DNA of 64,000 nucleotides, from assembly GCA_013416795.1 (NCBI GenBank), contig RQSC01000009.1:28648-92647 (forward strand), given 5' to 3'. The notes beneath the pieces are model-generated. The model was not told the DNA's origin, searched no databases, and saw nothing but the letters and a program-made list of their open reading frames with translations. The stretch is from Prasinococcaceae sp. CCMP 1430. Taxonomy: Eukaryota > Plantae > Prasinodermophyta. Shown one piece after another: positions 54,276 through 64,000 of the stretch. Position 1 is the stretch's first letter. Every line of letters begins with the position of its first letter. Both the position numbers and the translations under genes were made by a program.

Positions 54276-56327
54276 ATGATGGGCCGCCGCGCGCTGCTGT
54301 CTGCTGCGGTCGCCGCCGCGGGCGTGGCGGCGGTCTCCGCGGCCCCAGCGTACGACGTCAACGCGGACGGCGTGGTGAACATCGCGGACGCGGTGGCGAT
54401 CACGAACGTCGTGACTGGCGGTGCGGAGTCGCCGGAGTGCTCCGACGATGGCGCGTCCGTGTGCTACGCGGAGGGCATCACCGCCTGCGAGGCCGACTGC
54501 GCCGCGCGGGTGTTCGACCACGGCACCGTCAACTGCCGCTCCGCCCAGGAGATCCTGCAGATCGGCAGCAGCACGGTCTTCCCCGTCGCGGACGCCCACG
54601 CGCAGCGCTACGGCAACCCGCTGGTGGCCATCGAGGCGCGCGAGTCCGGCTCCTCGCTCGGCTTCCGCGCCTTCTTCGGCGGCGGCACCGACGTGGCCAC
54701 TGCCTCGCGCGCGCTCAAGGGCTCGGACTACGAGAGCGCCGACTGCGATCCGGCGTGCGTGGACGAGAACAACGTCGCCATCTGCGAGTGCCAGGGGCGC
54801 TTCCCGGTGGGCGTGCAGGTGGGCACCGATCTGCTCGCCGTCTTCACGAGGGAGGGCTCGACGTTCGCGACGACGCCGCAGACCGTCAGCAGCCTGGCGT
54901 CGGCAATCACCTCGGCGCAGACCGGCGGCTCCACCACCCTGTGCGTGCCCGATGCCCAGTCGGGCACGCGCGACTTCGCCGAGGAGGTGCTCGGCGTGAC
55001 CTTCGACGGCTCGTCGCCCAACGTGAACGGCTTCGTGGACGACGCGCAGATCATCGCGTGCGTGCAGACCGCCGCGACCAACGACGTGATCGGCATCGCG
55101 CCCATCTCCGACGTGGCGCCCGCCGTCGGCGCCGCCAACTCGGGCATGGTGATCGTGCCCGTCGACGGCATTGACCCCACCGCCGAGCCTGTGAACACTG
55201 CGTACCCCTTCCTGCGCCCGCTCTTCAAGTACTTCGACCAGGCCGACGAGAGCAACTCCTTCGTGCGCGAGTTCATCTGCGCGCTGCTGGCGGACGAGTC
55301 CCAGGCGGTGGTCCAGAAGGCGGGCTTCGTGCCGCTCGACGAAACGACGCGCCAGGCGTCGCTCGCGACGCCCTCGCTGCGCTGCCCGACGACCGAGGGT
55401 GGGGCGGGCGTCAACCTCCTCAACAACGCGCCGCTCACCGGCGCCTTCAAGGAGATGAGCTACTGCCGCCAGCTCGCCCACGCGGTGATGATCGGCTCGA
55501 GCACGGTGTACCCGTTCGCCCGCGCGATCGCGCGCCTCTACCCGCCCACCACCGTCTTCGCGGAGGCGCGCTCCACGGGCTCCTCCAACGGGCTCGCGCT
55601 CCTGCTGGCCGGCGCGGCGGACATCGGCGACGCCTCGCGCCCCCTGCGCGGCTCGGACTACGAGGCGTTCGACTGTGATCCCACGCTCGTCAACGAGGCG
55701 GACGGCACGGCCACGGGCCTCTGCCAGGGCGTGCTGCCCAAGCCCTTCACCGTGGGCTTTGACCTGCTGAGCGTCATCGTGTCGCCGGACTCGCCCATCG
55801 CGGGCCAGGACGTGACGGTCGAGCAGCTCAACCAGATCTTCCAGAACGGCGCGAGCTTCAACTCGGTCTTCGGCGTCGGCTCCTCCGAGCCGCCCACGCT
55901 CTTCGTCGCCGATACGCAGAGTGGCACGCGCGGCTTCTGGGAGGACGCGGTGGGCCCCGTCATGGATGGCGTCAACGGCTTCGCCGACGACACGGTGATC
56001 GCCAACGGCGTCGCCAACGACCCCAACGCCATCGGCTTCCTCGGTGCGGCCTTCGTCACCCCTGACGTCCAGGCGTTGACCGTCGGTGGCGTCGACCCCA
56101 CTGCCGACGGCACCGACCCCGCGAGCTACGACCTGAGCCGCCCGCTCTTCTTCTACGTCAACGACGCCGCAGGCGCCGACCGCGATGTGGTCGACGACAT
56201 CACGTGCTTCGCACTGTCGGCAACCGGCCAGGAGATCCTCGCCCGCGTGGGCTACTCCTCGGTCCCCTCGGACCAGATCACCTCGCAGCGCAACGATCTC
56301 AACTGCGTCGACGCCCAGGCGCAGTAA
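54276..56327 (+). CDS. Secreted tandem PstS-like phosphate-binding protein B with a dockerin/EF-hand-like N-terminal motif, 683 aa, intronless
   Basis: Signal-peptide-like MMGRRALLSAAVAAAGVAAVSA; YDVNADGVVNIADAVAITNVV; Cys-rich linker; two PstS-like domains (IGSSTVFPVA, IGSSTVYPFA, ASRxLxGSDYE, DxQSGTR, LxRPLF). Confidence 0.87.
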   Translation: MMGRRALLSAAVAAAGVAAVSAAPAYDVNADGVVNIADAVAITNVVTGGAESPECSDDGASVCYAEGITACEADCAARVFDHGTVNCRSAQEILQIGSSTVFPVADAHAQRYGNPLVAIEARESGSSLGFRAFFGGGTDVATASRALKGSDYESADCDPACVDENNVAICECQGRFPVGVQVGTDLLAVFTREGSTFATTPQTVSSLASAITSAQTGGSTTLCVPDAQSGTRDFAEEVLGVTFDGSSPNVNGFVDDAQIIACVQTAATNDVIGIAPISDVAPAVGAANSGMVIVPVDGIDPTAEPVNTAYPFLRPLFKYFDQADESNSFVREFICALLADESQAVVQKAGFVPLDETTRQASLATPSLRCPTTEGGAGVNLLNNAPLTGAFKEMSYCRQLAHAVMIGSSTVYPFARAIARLYPPTTVFAEARSTGSSNGLALLLAGAADIGDASRPLRGSDYEAFDCDPTLVNEADGTATGLCQGVLPKPFTVGFDLLSVIVSPDSPIAGQDVTVEQLNQIFQNGASFNSVFGVGSSEPPTLFVADTQSGTRGFWEDAVGPVMDGVNGFADDTVIANGVANDPNAIGFLGAAFVTPDVQALTVGGVDPTADGTDPASYDLSRPLFFYVNDAAGADRDVVDDITCFALSATGQEILARVGYSSVPSDQITSQRNDLNCVDAQAQ

Positions 56328-56612
56328 AGCCCGCGCGAGCTGGTCGCGCCCACTGCCGCCCAGCGACGAGCGGAGGGAACGCGAGCGACAGCGGTCTGCC
56401 ACGAGTCTGGGCGAACAAAGGCTGGCCTGCTGCTTCGGAGACGCGCATGGAGAAAGCGAAACACAAGTTGTGTGAAAGGCCGTCCATTTAAGCTTGCAGG
56501 GTGACGACACGTCCAAATTTACTCGAGCGAGACGAGCACTGCGCATGACGCGCGCGCGCGATCCACCGAATGTGTGCCTCCCAGCGCGCTACGGCGCCTC
56601 GCTTGAGTCGCC

Positions 56613-57536
56613 TCACTTCATGCAGCCGCAGAGCGAGGTCGCCCCCGCACAAACGTCTGCGACGAACTCGCCCGCCGCCTCCCAGCACGACGACTGGCGC
56701 AGTCGCGCGAGCGATGTGCCGGAGCTGTCCTCGGACGCCAGAATGTCGCCGAGCGCGACCCCGCGCCCATCGGTCGTGTTGGCAGCCAGGCGCAGCTCCG
56801 CGGACGGTGGCAGCAACGGGCGGACTGAATAGGCAGGAGCCGCGAGCGCCAATCCTGAGTGCGCATCTTGCAGGGGTGTCTCGCGGCTTTGTTGATCTGG
56901 CAGCTCGTGTGAATGCCGCTCCTCCGCGCGCGCCGCCGACAGTAGCGGTCGTTCGTGCGGCCGAGCCCCTGCTCCCCCGTGCAGCGGATTCTGCGACGAC
57001 GTCGTGGCGGACGTGGATTGGTGAGGCTGCTTGAAGAGCTCCGCCGCGGTCACGTCACGATTCATTTCCTCTCCGCCGCGTTGCTGCGGCTGCTTGAGGG
57101 GCGACCACACCTTGCGCTCCATGCGCTGCTGGGGCTGCGGCGGAGGTGGCAGGGCGAGGGACGCTCCTTCGTTCAGAGGTCGCACCGGCGCGCTCCCGGT
57201 GCCTTCTTGGTGTAGCGGGCCGGAGGCGCTGTCGTCTTGCCAGTGAACACGACCCGGCACTGCCGGCGATGCTTGTGCTGCGGCTGCGTGTTGGCCCTGC
57301 GCGTCGGCAGGGCCGCGCGAATGCGGGAGGGAGGGCATGCGAGCGCTGTCGTTTTCTTTTTCCCGGCCGTCGTCGCGAACCGCTGCGACGCCCGCGCTGG
57401 CCAGCGCCCCCCCACCGCTGTCGTCACCCCAGGCAGGCTCCTCGTCTCTGAGCGCAGACTCGAGGCGCTGCACGCCCGGCATGCGCCCGAGCGCGTCGTC
57501 GAGGCGCTCCGCGAAGCGCGACATCGACCCCCACAT
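56613..57536 (-). CDS. Hypothetical low-complexity protein
   Basis: Open frame from MWGSMSRFAERLDDALGRMPG to a Cys-containing C-terminus ADVCAGATSLCGCMK. No family recognised. Confidence 0.5.
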   Translation of the reverse strand: MWGSMSRFAERLDDALGRMPGVQRLESALRDEEPAWGDDSGGGALASAGVAAVRDDGREKENDSARMPSLPHSRGPADAQGQHAAAAQASPAVPGRVHWQDDSASGPLHQEGTGSAPVRPLNEGASLALPPPPQPQQRMERKVWSPLKQPQQRGGEEMNRDVTAAELFKQPHQSTSATTSSQNPLHGGAGARPHERPLLSAARAEERHSHELPDQQSRETPLQDAHSGLALAAPAYSVRPLLPPSAELRLAANTTDGRGVALGDILASEDSSGTSLARLRQSSCWEAAGEFVADVCAGATSLCGCMK

Positions 57537-57911
57537 GCAACGGGGACGCACAGGCAGTATGCGCTGAGCGCCCCGGCCTTCCGAGGGCCGGGCGCCGGCG
57601 GCTCCGCCGCCTGACGCAGGGTCCGAGGGGGCGTCCTGCGCGCGCGGCTTCGCTGCAAAGTATGTGCGGGCGCGAAGGGGGTCGGAAGGGTACAGCACGG
57701 GCGTGTGAAGCGCCGCCGCGCGCCGCGTGTGGCGCTCGCGCGCCGCGCGCGCGCGGCGCTGTCACCGCGCGGCGTAAAAAGCGCCGCTTCGAATCGAATG
57801 ACATGAAAGGCTTTCTTTTTTACATTCATTTTGACATATGTACTGTACTTCTTCGACGGGGGAGAGGGATCGATCCACAGCAGGGCGGCAGGACCGCGAC
57901 GAGGCTGCTGC

Positions 57912-60032
57912 TCAGCTATGCCCACCGCCTTCTGCGCCGCCCTCGTCGTGGTCGTGGTCGTGGTCGTCGTCGCCGTCGTCGAGCGAGAAGGCGCCCGCCG
58001 TGTCGGCGCTGTCGAGCGCGCCGAGCATCGCGGAGAACTCCTCCAACGAGCCGACCGCCTCGTGCATCCGCGGGGCGGGCGGCGATGTCTCGGCTCTGCA
58101 GGCGACGTTATCGCCGGTGGGGCTTGGAGGCAGCACGCTGGGCTGCTGCCCACTTCCGCCGGCGGCGTCCTTGTCGTCGCCGCCATCGTCCTGACTCGCG
58201 CCATTGGCGCCCGGTGTGCTGGCGAGGCTCTGCTGGCTCGGCGCTGCTCGCGCACCGCCCTCGACATGGTCCGCATCGAGGAGCTGCCCGCCGAGCCGCG
58301 CCGGTAGCGAGTGCAGCGGCACAAACGCGCGCGCCTCCGCCGCTGATGCGGGCGCGAGCACAAGGTCGCTGCCGCCGCCGGGGAGCGCGGCGACCGACTT
58401 AATCTCCGAGATGACGTAAGGCAGCGCCTGCGGTTGCATTGAGGCATTCGTTCGTCAGCCCTCGTGCGATCGAAAGTGCGAGCGTGCCTTGCGACTACAG
58501 CGGTGAGACGCACAAAGTAGCTACCAAAAGCCGACTGGGCGACACACCTGGCTGGCCTCCGCCGCACTCGGCATTGCCACGAGCATCGCCAGCCGCGACG
58601 GGAAGAAGCGGCACAGCGCGTCGACGAAGTTCAGGAGCAGGCGCAGCGACGCGCATTCGTTGACGGCGGCATCTGCATCGGCCGTGCCGCCGCTCCCCAC
58701 CTGGCCCTGTGCGCTGGTAGGAAGGGGCGACGAGTCATAGAGCAACGTGAAGGCGCCGTTGGCCGACCTGGTGGTCATAGCCACGCCAGCCGCGCGCGCG
58801 AGCTCGCGAGTTTGTGCCGCGCTTACCGCCCCGGCCCCGGCGCCGCGCAGCACCGCCAGGGCCTGCTCCTCCTCGGCGCGCGCGCGGCCTTCAACTGGCG
58901 CGGCAAAGCTCAGCGCCGACTCGAGCACGTGCAGCAGCGCGGCGAAGTCGGTCGACGTCGCGCCGGCATCCTCGTCGACCATGGCGGCGCGAATGCACAG
59001 CATGGGCCGCTCAAGCGCGTCGTGGCCCTGCCAGCGCACGCGCCCGTCCGACAGCGCGGTGGCCAGCGGCGCGGCGTGTATGTCGGCCTTCCCGCGCCGA
59101 GCCGCGCGCCAGGCGTCGGCGCCGATGGCCGCCTCGGCCGCCGCAGCGGCGTCGAAGCCGTGCGCGCGCAGCCACCACGACGGCGGGCAGTCCACCATGA
59201 TGCCCTCCTCGTCAAGGCGCCGCTTGAAGTCGTACCGCAGCGCCTTGAGCTGCTCGGCGTGCAGCCCGCCGTCGTCGCCCTCCGCCGACATAAAGTCGCG
59301 TCGCGCCGCCTCAATCTCCCCCTTGGCGATGTCGAAGCCCTGACGCGCCCAGCGTCCGACGCTCACCAGCCCGCGCCCCCACGCCCGCCACGCGGGCCGC
59401 TGCTCGCGCGACGGCTGTGGTTGGGAGGTCTCGCCATGCTGCTGCGCTGGCTCTTTTGCAGGCCTCTGCCTGTCTCGAGGGGGCTCTCGCGGTGGCTGCG
59501 GGTGCGCTGCATGCGCCTCCGGCTCTGCTGTGAAGGCGGGCGTGGCGTCGACCTCAGCAATGCCTGCCGGCGCCAGGTCCTGCCGGTCGTGGAACGCGCG
59601 CCGGTCAAATGCGTCCAGGGACGCGTCGAGTCGCGCAAGCAACCCACCGAGCGACGAGCGTCGCTGCGGCACGGGGGCGCTCTGGCGGTGACCCTCAGAA
59701 GCCGCCTCCCCCGTCGATGCATCGCGGCTCCTTTCTTCTGCCTCTGCGGAGCCCGCAGCACTGGCAGGGACGGTCGCGCGGCGCCCCACAGGCTCCGCGG
59801 CCGCTGCCTCTGTCGCGTCGGCATCCCGTTCGCGCGCTCGCTCGTCCTCTGCCACGGAGCCGTTCACCGGCGGCGCGGCCGGCGCCGACCCGTCGCTCCC
59901 CGCCTGCGTGTCTCCGCCCTCAACAGCCCCCTGGTCCTCAGCGCCGGCGCTTCCGCCGCTCCGCTCGTCGGGGGCGCCGTCAGCGGCCTCCGCGCCCCCC
60001 CCGACGGCGCGCGGCGCGTCCCCCGAGTCCAT
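57912..60032 (-). CDS. CRAL-TRIO / Sec14-like lipid-binding protein with acidic disordered ends; exons 60032-58548 and 58427-57912
   Basis: WWLRAHGFDAAAAAEAA...WR; GRVRWQGHDALERPMLCIR; FTLLYD; LCRFFPSRLAML. Phase-0 intron with CTGAC branch point. Confidence 0.7.
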
Positions 60033-60666
60033 TCTTCAGAAGGGCGAGGGCGCGAGCAAGAAGGAGCCGCGCGGGGCGCGGCGGGGCGCAGCGGCGATGT
60101 GGCGCGCGTGGGCGCTCGCGCTGCGCGCGCGCGCGCGGCGGCGCCGGCTGTCATGCGCACGGCGTACCGTACGAGGCGCGACCCGAAATATTTAGGGTGT
60201 GGTCGGTAGGAAGAGGGTTTGAGTCATACCTCGCGCGCAATGCGGGCAGGTGCGAGGCGGCGTTTCGGCGGCCAAGGCTCCTCGCGGTGCGCGGCGAGCA
60301 CAAAAAAATGAACGCTAGCCCTAATTCGTAACGGACCGACCTTAATTTCGGCACTCTCTCTCGCGCGCGCATCGGCCTCGGCACTCTCGCGCGCGCCGGC
60401 CTTGGCCTTCCCGCGGCTTCCGCGCGGGCTGTCATACCTATCACTGACCGTGGCGGCCTGCCGTGTCAGGCGTTTCTTGATATGGGTTCCGAAAATGTGT
60501 CGTCGCGCGCCCCGCGGGCGCAGCCGTTTTGTTGGGGCTCCGCCGGCCATTCAACGGCCCGGGATGCGCGCGCCCGGGCAGGCTTTCGCTAGTAAAAAGC
60601 GTGTGTCTTGTGAAGCCTCCGCGTCTTCTTCCGTGCTCAGCACTTGCGTCCTGCTCATCACCATGC

Positions 60667-61164
60667 TCAGCGCCTGCGTCTTGCTTCTCCGCGTGTCGTG
60701 GGTAATTCGGGCGACCAGACTCCTTGTAGAACTCCAGCGGAGGCAGTTCTAACACGACGCTTCACGGGAAAGTGAGCATTGTAGCCGCACCCCTCCAGTG
60801 CCACGATGGCCGCGGGCATCATCCTGACTTGGCTAGCACGATCGCCGAAGTTGGCGTTATAAGCGGCATCCTTGATGCGAGCGCACACGCCATTGAGGCT
60901 CGCCTCCCGCGCCAAGTATGGCTTGAGGCGTTGTTGCACATCGCTTCCATGGACCCCGACGTCGTGCTCGACGCCATCGGGTTCATGAACAACTTCACGG
61001 GTGAGCGCATGGTGCACCTTCTTGATCTTTTTGGACCGCTGGTTGATGTTGAAAATGTCCGGCAGGAACAGCTTGGCGAGGTCATGGATAGGGTGCGCCG
61101 ATGACCGGACATGCCCCGACGAGAGGCATTTCAACCCATCATTGCAGGATAAAGGGTTTAGGGT
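60667..61164 (-). other. Unassigned open frame without ATG in lower-GC DNA; possible exon or decayed foreign element
   Basis: Frame open from 61164 to 60667 with G/C-rich third codon positions; no recognisable motif. Confidence 0.3.
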
Positions 61165-61167
61165 TTA
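61153..61167 (+). repeat. Two tandem plant-type telomere units (AGGGTTT)2
   Basis: AGGGTTTAGGGTTTA read directly. Confidence 0.7.
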
Positions 61168-61252
61168 CAGTAAAAGGATAAGCCTCGAGGGGCCTTGCCC
61201 ACGTCGGTGGTGGGTAGGAGTGGGTGTGTGTGGGGGGGGGCTGTGACGGGAG

Positions 61253-63309
61253 ATGGCGCGCTCGGCCCGCCGCGGCGCGCTCGCGCTCGGGCTCGCAGCG
61301 CTGGCCGCGTGCGACGCGAGGAGGCGCCGGGCTCGGCGCGCGCGCCGCCCGGCCCGCCCGGAGACATCGCGCCGCAGCTGCTCGCCGACCCGCTCGCGTT
61401 CCTCGACGGGCTCGCAAAGGAGCACGGCGACGTCGTGGGGGCAACGCTCGCCAGCGAGCGCGTCGTCTTCGTTGGCGCGCCCGACGCCGCCGACAGTGTG
61501 CTCGTCACACAGTCCTCGAGCTTCGTCAAGGAGGTGCGCGGCGCGCGCAGACCCGCGCGCGGCGGCGCGCGCCGTGGTGCAGGCGCGGGGCAAGCGCGCT
61601 CGAGCGGCTCGCGCTGACGCGCGCGCTCTCCCACACCTCGCCCCATCGCGCCGCGCGAACCGCTGGGCCATGTCACGAAGGGCACCGCATTCTTCCCCGG
61701 CTCGAGCCTCGCGGGCGAGGGCCTGCTCGTGAGCGACGGTGACACCTGGCGTCGACAGCGCCGCCTCAGCAACCCCGCGTTTCGGGCGGCGGCGGTGCAG
61801 CGCTACGCCGGCGCGATGGGAGGCGCGGCCGACGAGATGCTGAGCGCCAAGTGGGGCTGCCCCGCGCGCGATGGCACCAGCGGCGCGGGGTTGTCGGTCG
61901 CTGCGGCGTCTGGCACGCTCGTGCGCGACGTGTACGCAGACTTCAACGAGCTCACGCTCGACGTGGTGGCGCGCGCGCTCTTTGGAGCGGACCTTCGCTC
62001 GGACGGCGCCGCGGTGCAGGCGGCCGTGGCGGAAGCTTTCGAGCACTTCGCGAGTCGCGCGGCGACTGGCTTCGCGGTGCCCGAGTGGGCACCCACGCCA
62101 GACAACGCGCGCTACGCCATCGCCGTGCGCGAGCTCGACCGCGTCGTGTACGGCCTCATCGCGCGGCGCAGGGAGGCGGTGGCGCGGGGAGGCGCCGAGG
62201 CGGCCGGGTCCGACCTGCTGGGAGACCTGCTGCGAGCGACGGACGACGAGGTGAGCGCGCGCGCCCGCACGCGCGCCTGTATGCGCGAGCGCGCAGAGAG
62301 GACGCGTGGACGCAGGTGGCTTTGTATCCTCTGACGCGAGCATCGCGCGGCGCGCGGATGGTGCCTGCCGCGCGCCCTTCTTCGCAGGATGCCGAGGGCG
62401 ACGGCCAGGGCATGGGGGACAAGGCGCTGCGCGACGAGTTGATGACACTCATGGTGGCCGGGCAGGAGACCTCTGCGATCGTCCTCGCGTGGGCGTGCGC
62501 GTTTCTCATGGACCGGCCTGAGATGCAGGAGCGCATCGCGCGGGAGGTAGCCGCCGCCGGTGGCGAGGCCGCGGTCGGCGAGGCCGCCGGCTCCGGCGGG
62601 CTGCCTTTCACGGAGGCGGTACTGTACGAGTGCATGCGCCTGCGCCCGCCGGCGTACATGGTCGGCAGATGCGCGGCCGAGGATGTGTCGCTCGAGAGCG
62701 GCGGGACGGCGTATTCCGTGCCGCGTGGCACGACCGTCCTGGTGTCGCCTTGGCTCCTGCACCGCGACGAGCGATGGTGGGGGGAGTCCGCGCTCGACTT
62801 CGACCCGGACAGGTCCGCTGCGCCGCCCGCGCGCGAGCACGCCCGGACGCGGGGCCTGTCGCATGGCGCTGACTCACTCACGCCCGCGCCGCGCCACCCT
62901 CGCCGACTCATCGGGCCGTGGCGCGCGCAGGTGGCTCAAGTCGGAGGAGGAGGCCAAGCGGATGCGCGTCTCGCCGGCATACGTGCCCTTCGGCGCGGGC
63001 CCGCGCGTGTGCATCGGCGCGCGCTTCGCGATGATCGAGGGCCTGGTGGTGCTGGCCACGCTCTGCGCCCGCGCGCGCCTGTCGCCCGCGCGATTCGCGC
63101 CCAGGCCCAAGCCGGGGGCGCTCATCACGCTGCGCCCCGCGGGCGCCGTGGAGCTCACGGTCACACCCAGGGAGCCTGTCGTCGAGGCTGTCGGTGTCCC
63201 CGACGCCTTGGCGGGGGTTGGCAGCGGCGCGGGCGCCACCGTCGCTGGAGCGGACGGCGGGGCGCCAGTCGCATCGCCCCCCGCCGAGGTGGTCGAGGTG
63301 GCGGGGTGA
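61253..63309 (+). CDS. Cytochrome P450; exons ~61253-61533, 61681-62250, 62388-62812, 62931-63309
   Basis: PPGP, GEGLLVSDGDTWRRQRRLSNPAF, I-helix LMVAGQETSA, ECMRLRPP (ExxR), FDPDRW across a phase-2 intron, heme motif PFGAGPRVCIG. Confidence 0.93.
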
Positions 63310-63611
63310 CTGCCGGCGGGAGCGCGCGCGCGGCGAGCGGCGCGAGGGTCGGACGCGGCGGCTCTGCGTGTGTACAAAAGCAATTGTGCTGTACAGGTGG
63401 CGTGTGAAACAGCCAAAGCAGCGCGCGGCGCCCTGCGCGCCTGCGCACGCGTTTGGCGACGGCCGCGTCCGGCGCATCTGCGCCAGCGCGGCCAGTCGCA
63501 ACGAGGTCGCGCGCGAGAGGGCCGCCCAGCCCTCCGGCCCGCCGCGCGCCCCGCCCCGAGGAAAGCTCTCCTATATCTCTATTGTACAGATTGAGCACGT
63601 GGAAGCCACGC

Positions 63612-63962
63612 TCAGTAGTCCCATGGGCCGTTGTTGCCCCCCGGCGGCGGCGGCAGCTGCCCCCCGCGCCGGTAGATGTCCACGGCGTCCTCGTCTATTC
63701 GCACGTAGATGGGCTGCTCGATGGGCGACATGTTGCCGTTCGGGTCGTCGTCGTCGTCGTCTCCCCTCTGCCCCTGGCTGTCGGCGATGAAGAAGAGCGC
63801 GGCACCCGCAGCGAGCAGCCAGCCGATCTTCTGCGACACGTCCACGACGCCACCAGCCGTGCTCATCCCAGCACCGACGCCGAACCCCGACGTCGCCGCG
63901 CCCCACGCGAGCGCCGGGGCCACCGCCACCGCCGCCGCCCTGCGCGGCCCTGCCCTCCTCAA
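63612..63962 (-). CDS. Small single-TM hypothetical protein, probably continuing beyond the window end
   Basis: IGWLLAAGAALFFIA followed by GDDDDDDPNGNMSP and a Pro/Gly tail; no in-frame ATG at the ORF start. Confidence 0.55.
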   Translation of the reverse strand: MRRAGPRRAAAVAVAPALAWGAATSGFGVGAGMSTAGGVVDVSQKIGWLLAAGAALFFIADSQGQRGDDDDDDPNGNMSPIEQPIYVRIDEDAVDIYRRGGQLPPPPGGNNGPWDY

Positions 63963-64000
63963 GGGCGCCGCGCGCCGCTGTGCCCGCCCCGCCCCAACAG

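Noticed and set aside
30937-56327. Bacterial contamination suggested by murC, lpxD, miaA, yebC and pstS-like genes
   Set aside because: All but one carry spliceosomal introns with the host's signals and sit among eukaryote-specific genes with similar codon usage.
1-64000. rRNA, tRNA or other structured RNA genes
   Set aside because: None recognised by eye; a covariance-model search would be needed to exclude small RNAs.

Overview
Gene-dense eukaryotic nuclear DNA, very GC-rich, with short GT-AG introns (donors often GTGCG or GTGAG, branch points CTRAC) full of (CG)n runs. The gene set (Fd-GOGAT, transit-peptide-like N-termini, MurC, LpxD, RJL, RSP14) fits a prasinophyte-grade green alga; the species cannot be identified from the sequence. 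About 27 protein-coding loci can be supported, and many ORF-track entries are antisense shadows of these. There are two N gaps (3440-4245, 11354-11946) and a single N at 45247 beside a 1.7-kb duplication. Main leads: (1) a SABATH-family methyltransferase and a Leu/Phe/Val-dehydrogenase plus sarcosine-oxidase-like fusion, head-to-head with about 139 bp between predicted start codons (candidate metabolic micro-cluster); (2) a homologue of phage thymine-hypermodification enzymes (aGPT-Pplase1 / 5-hmdU kinase helical family) fused to Tudor/Agenet-like repeats; (3) two divergent secreted tandem-PstS phosphate-binding proteins, one with a dockerin-like motif, with a P1BS-type site between them; (4) MurC tail-to-tail with a membrane-anchored LysM protein, plus LpxD. 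All family assignments come from motif recognition by eye, not database searches. Exon boundaries were derived by hand and checked for reading-frame consistency.
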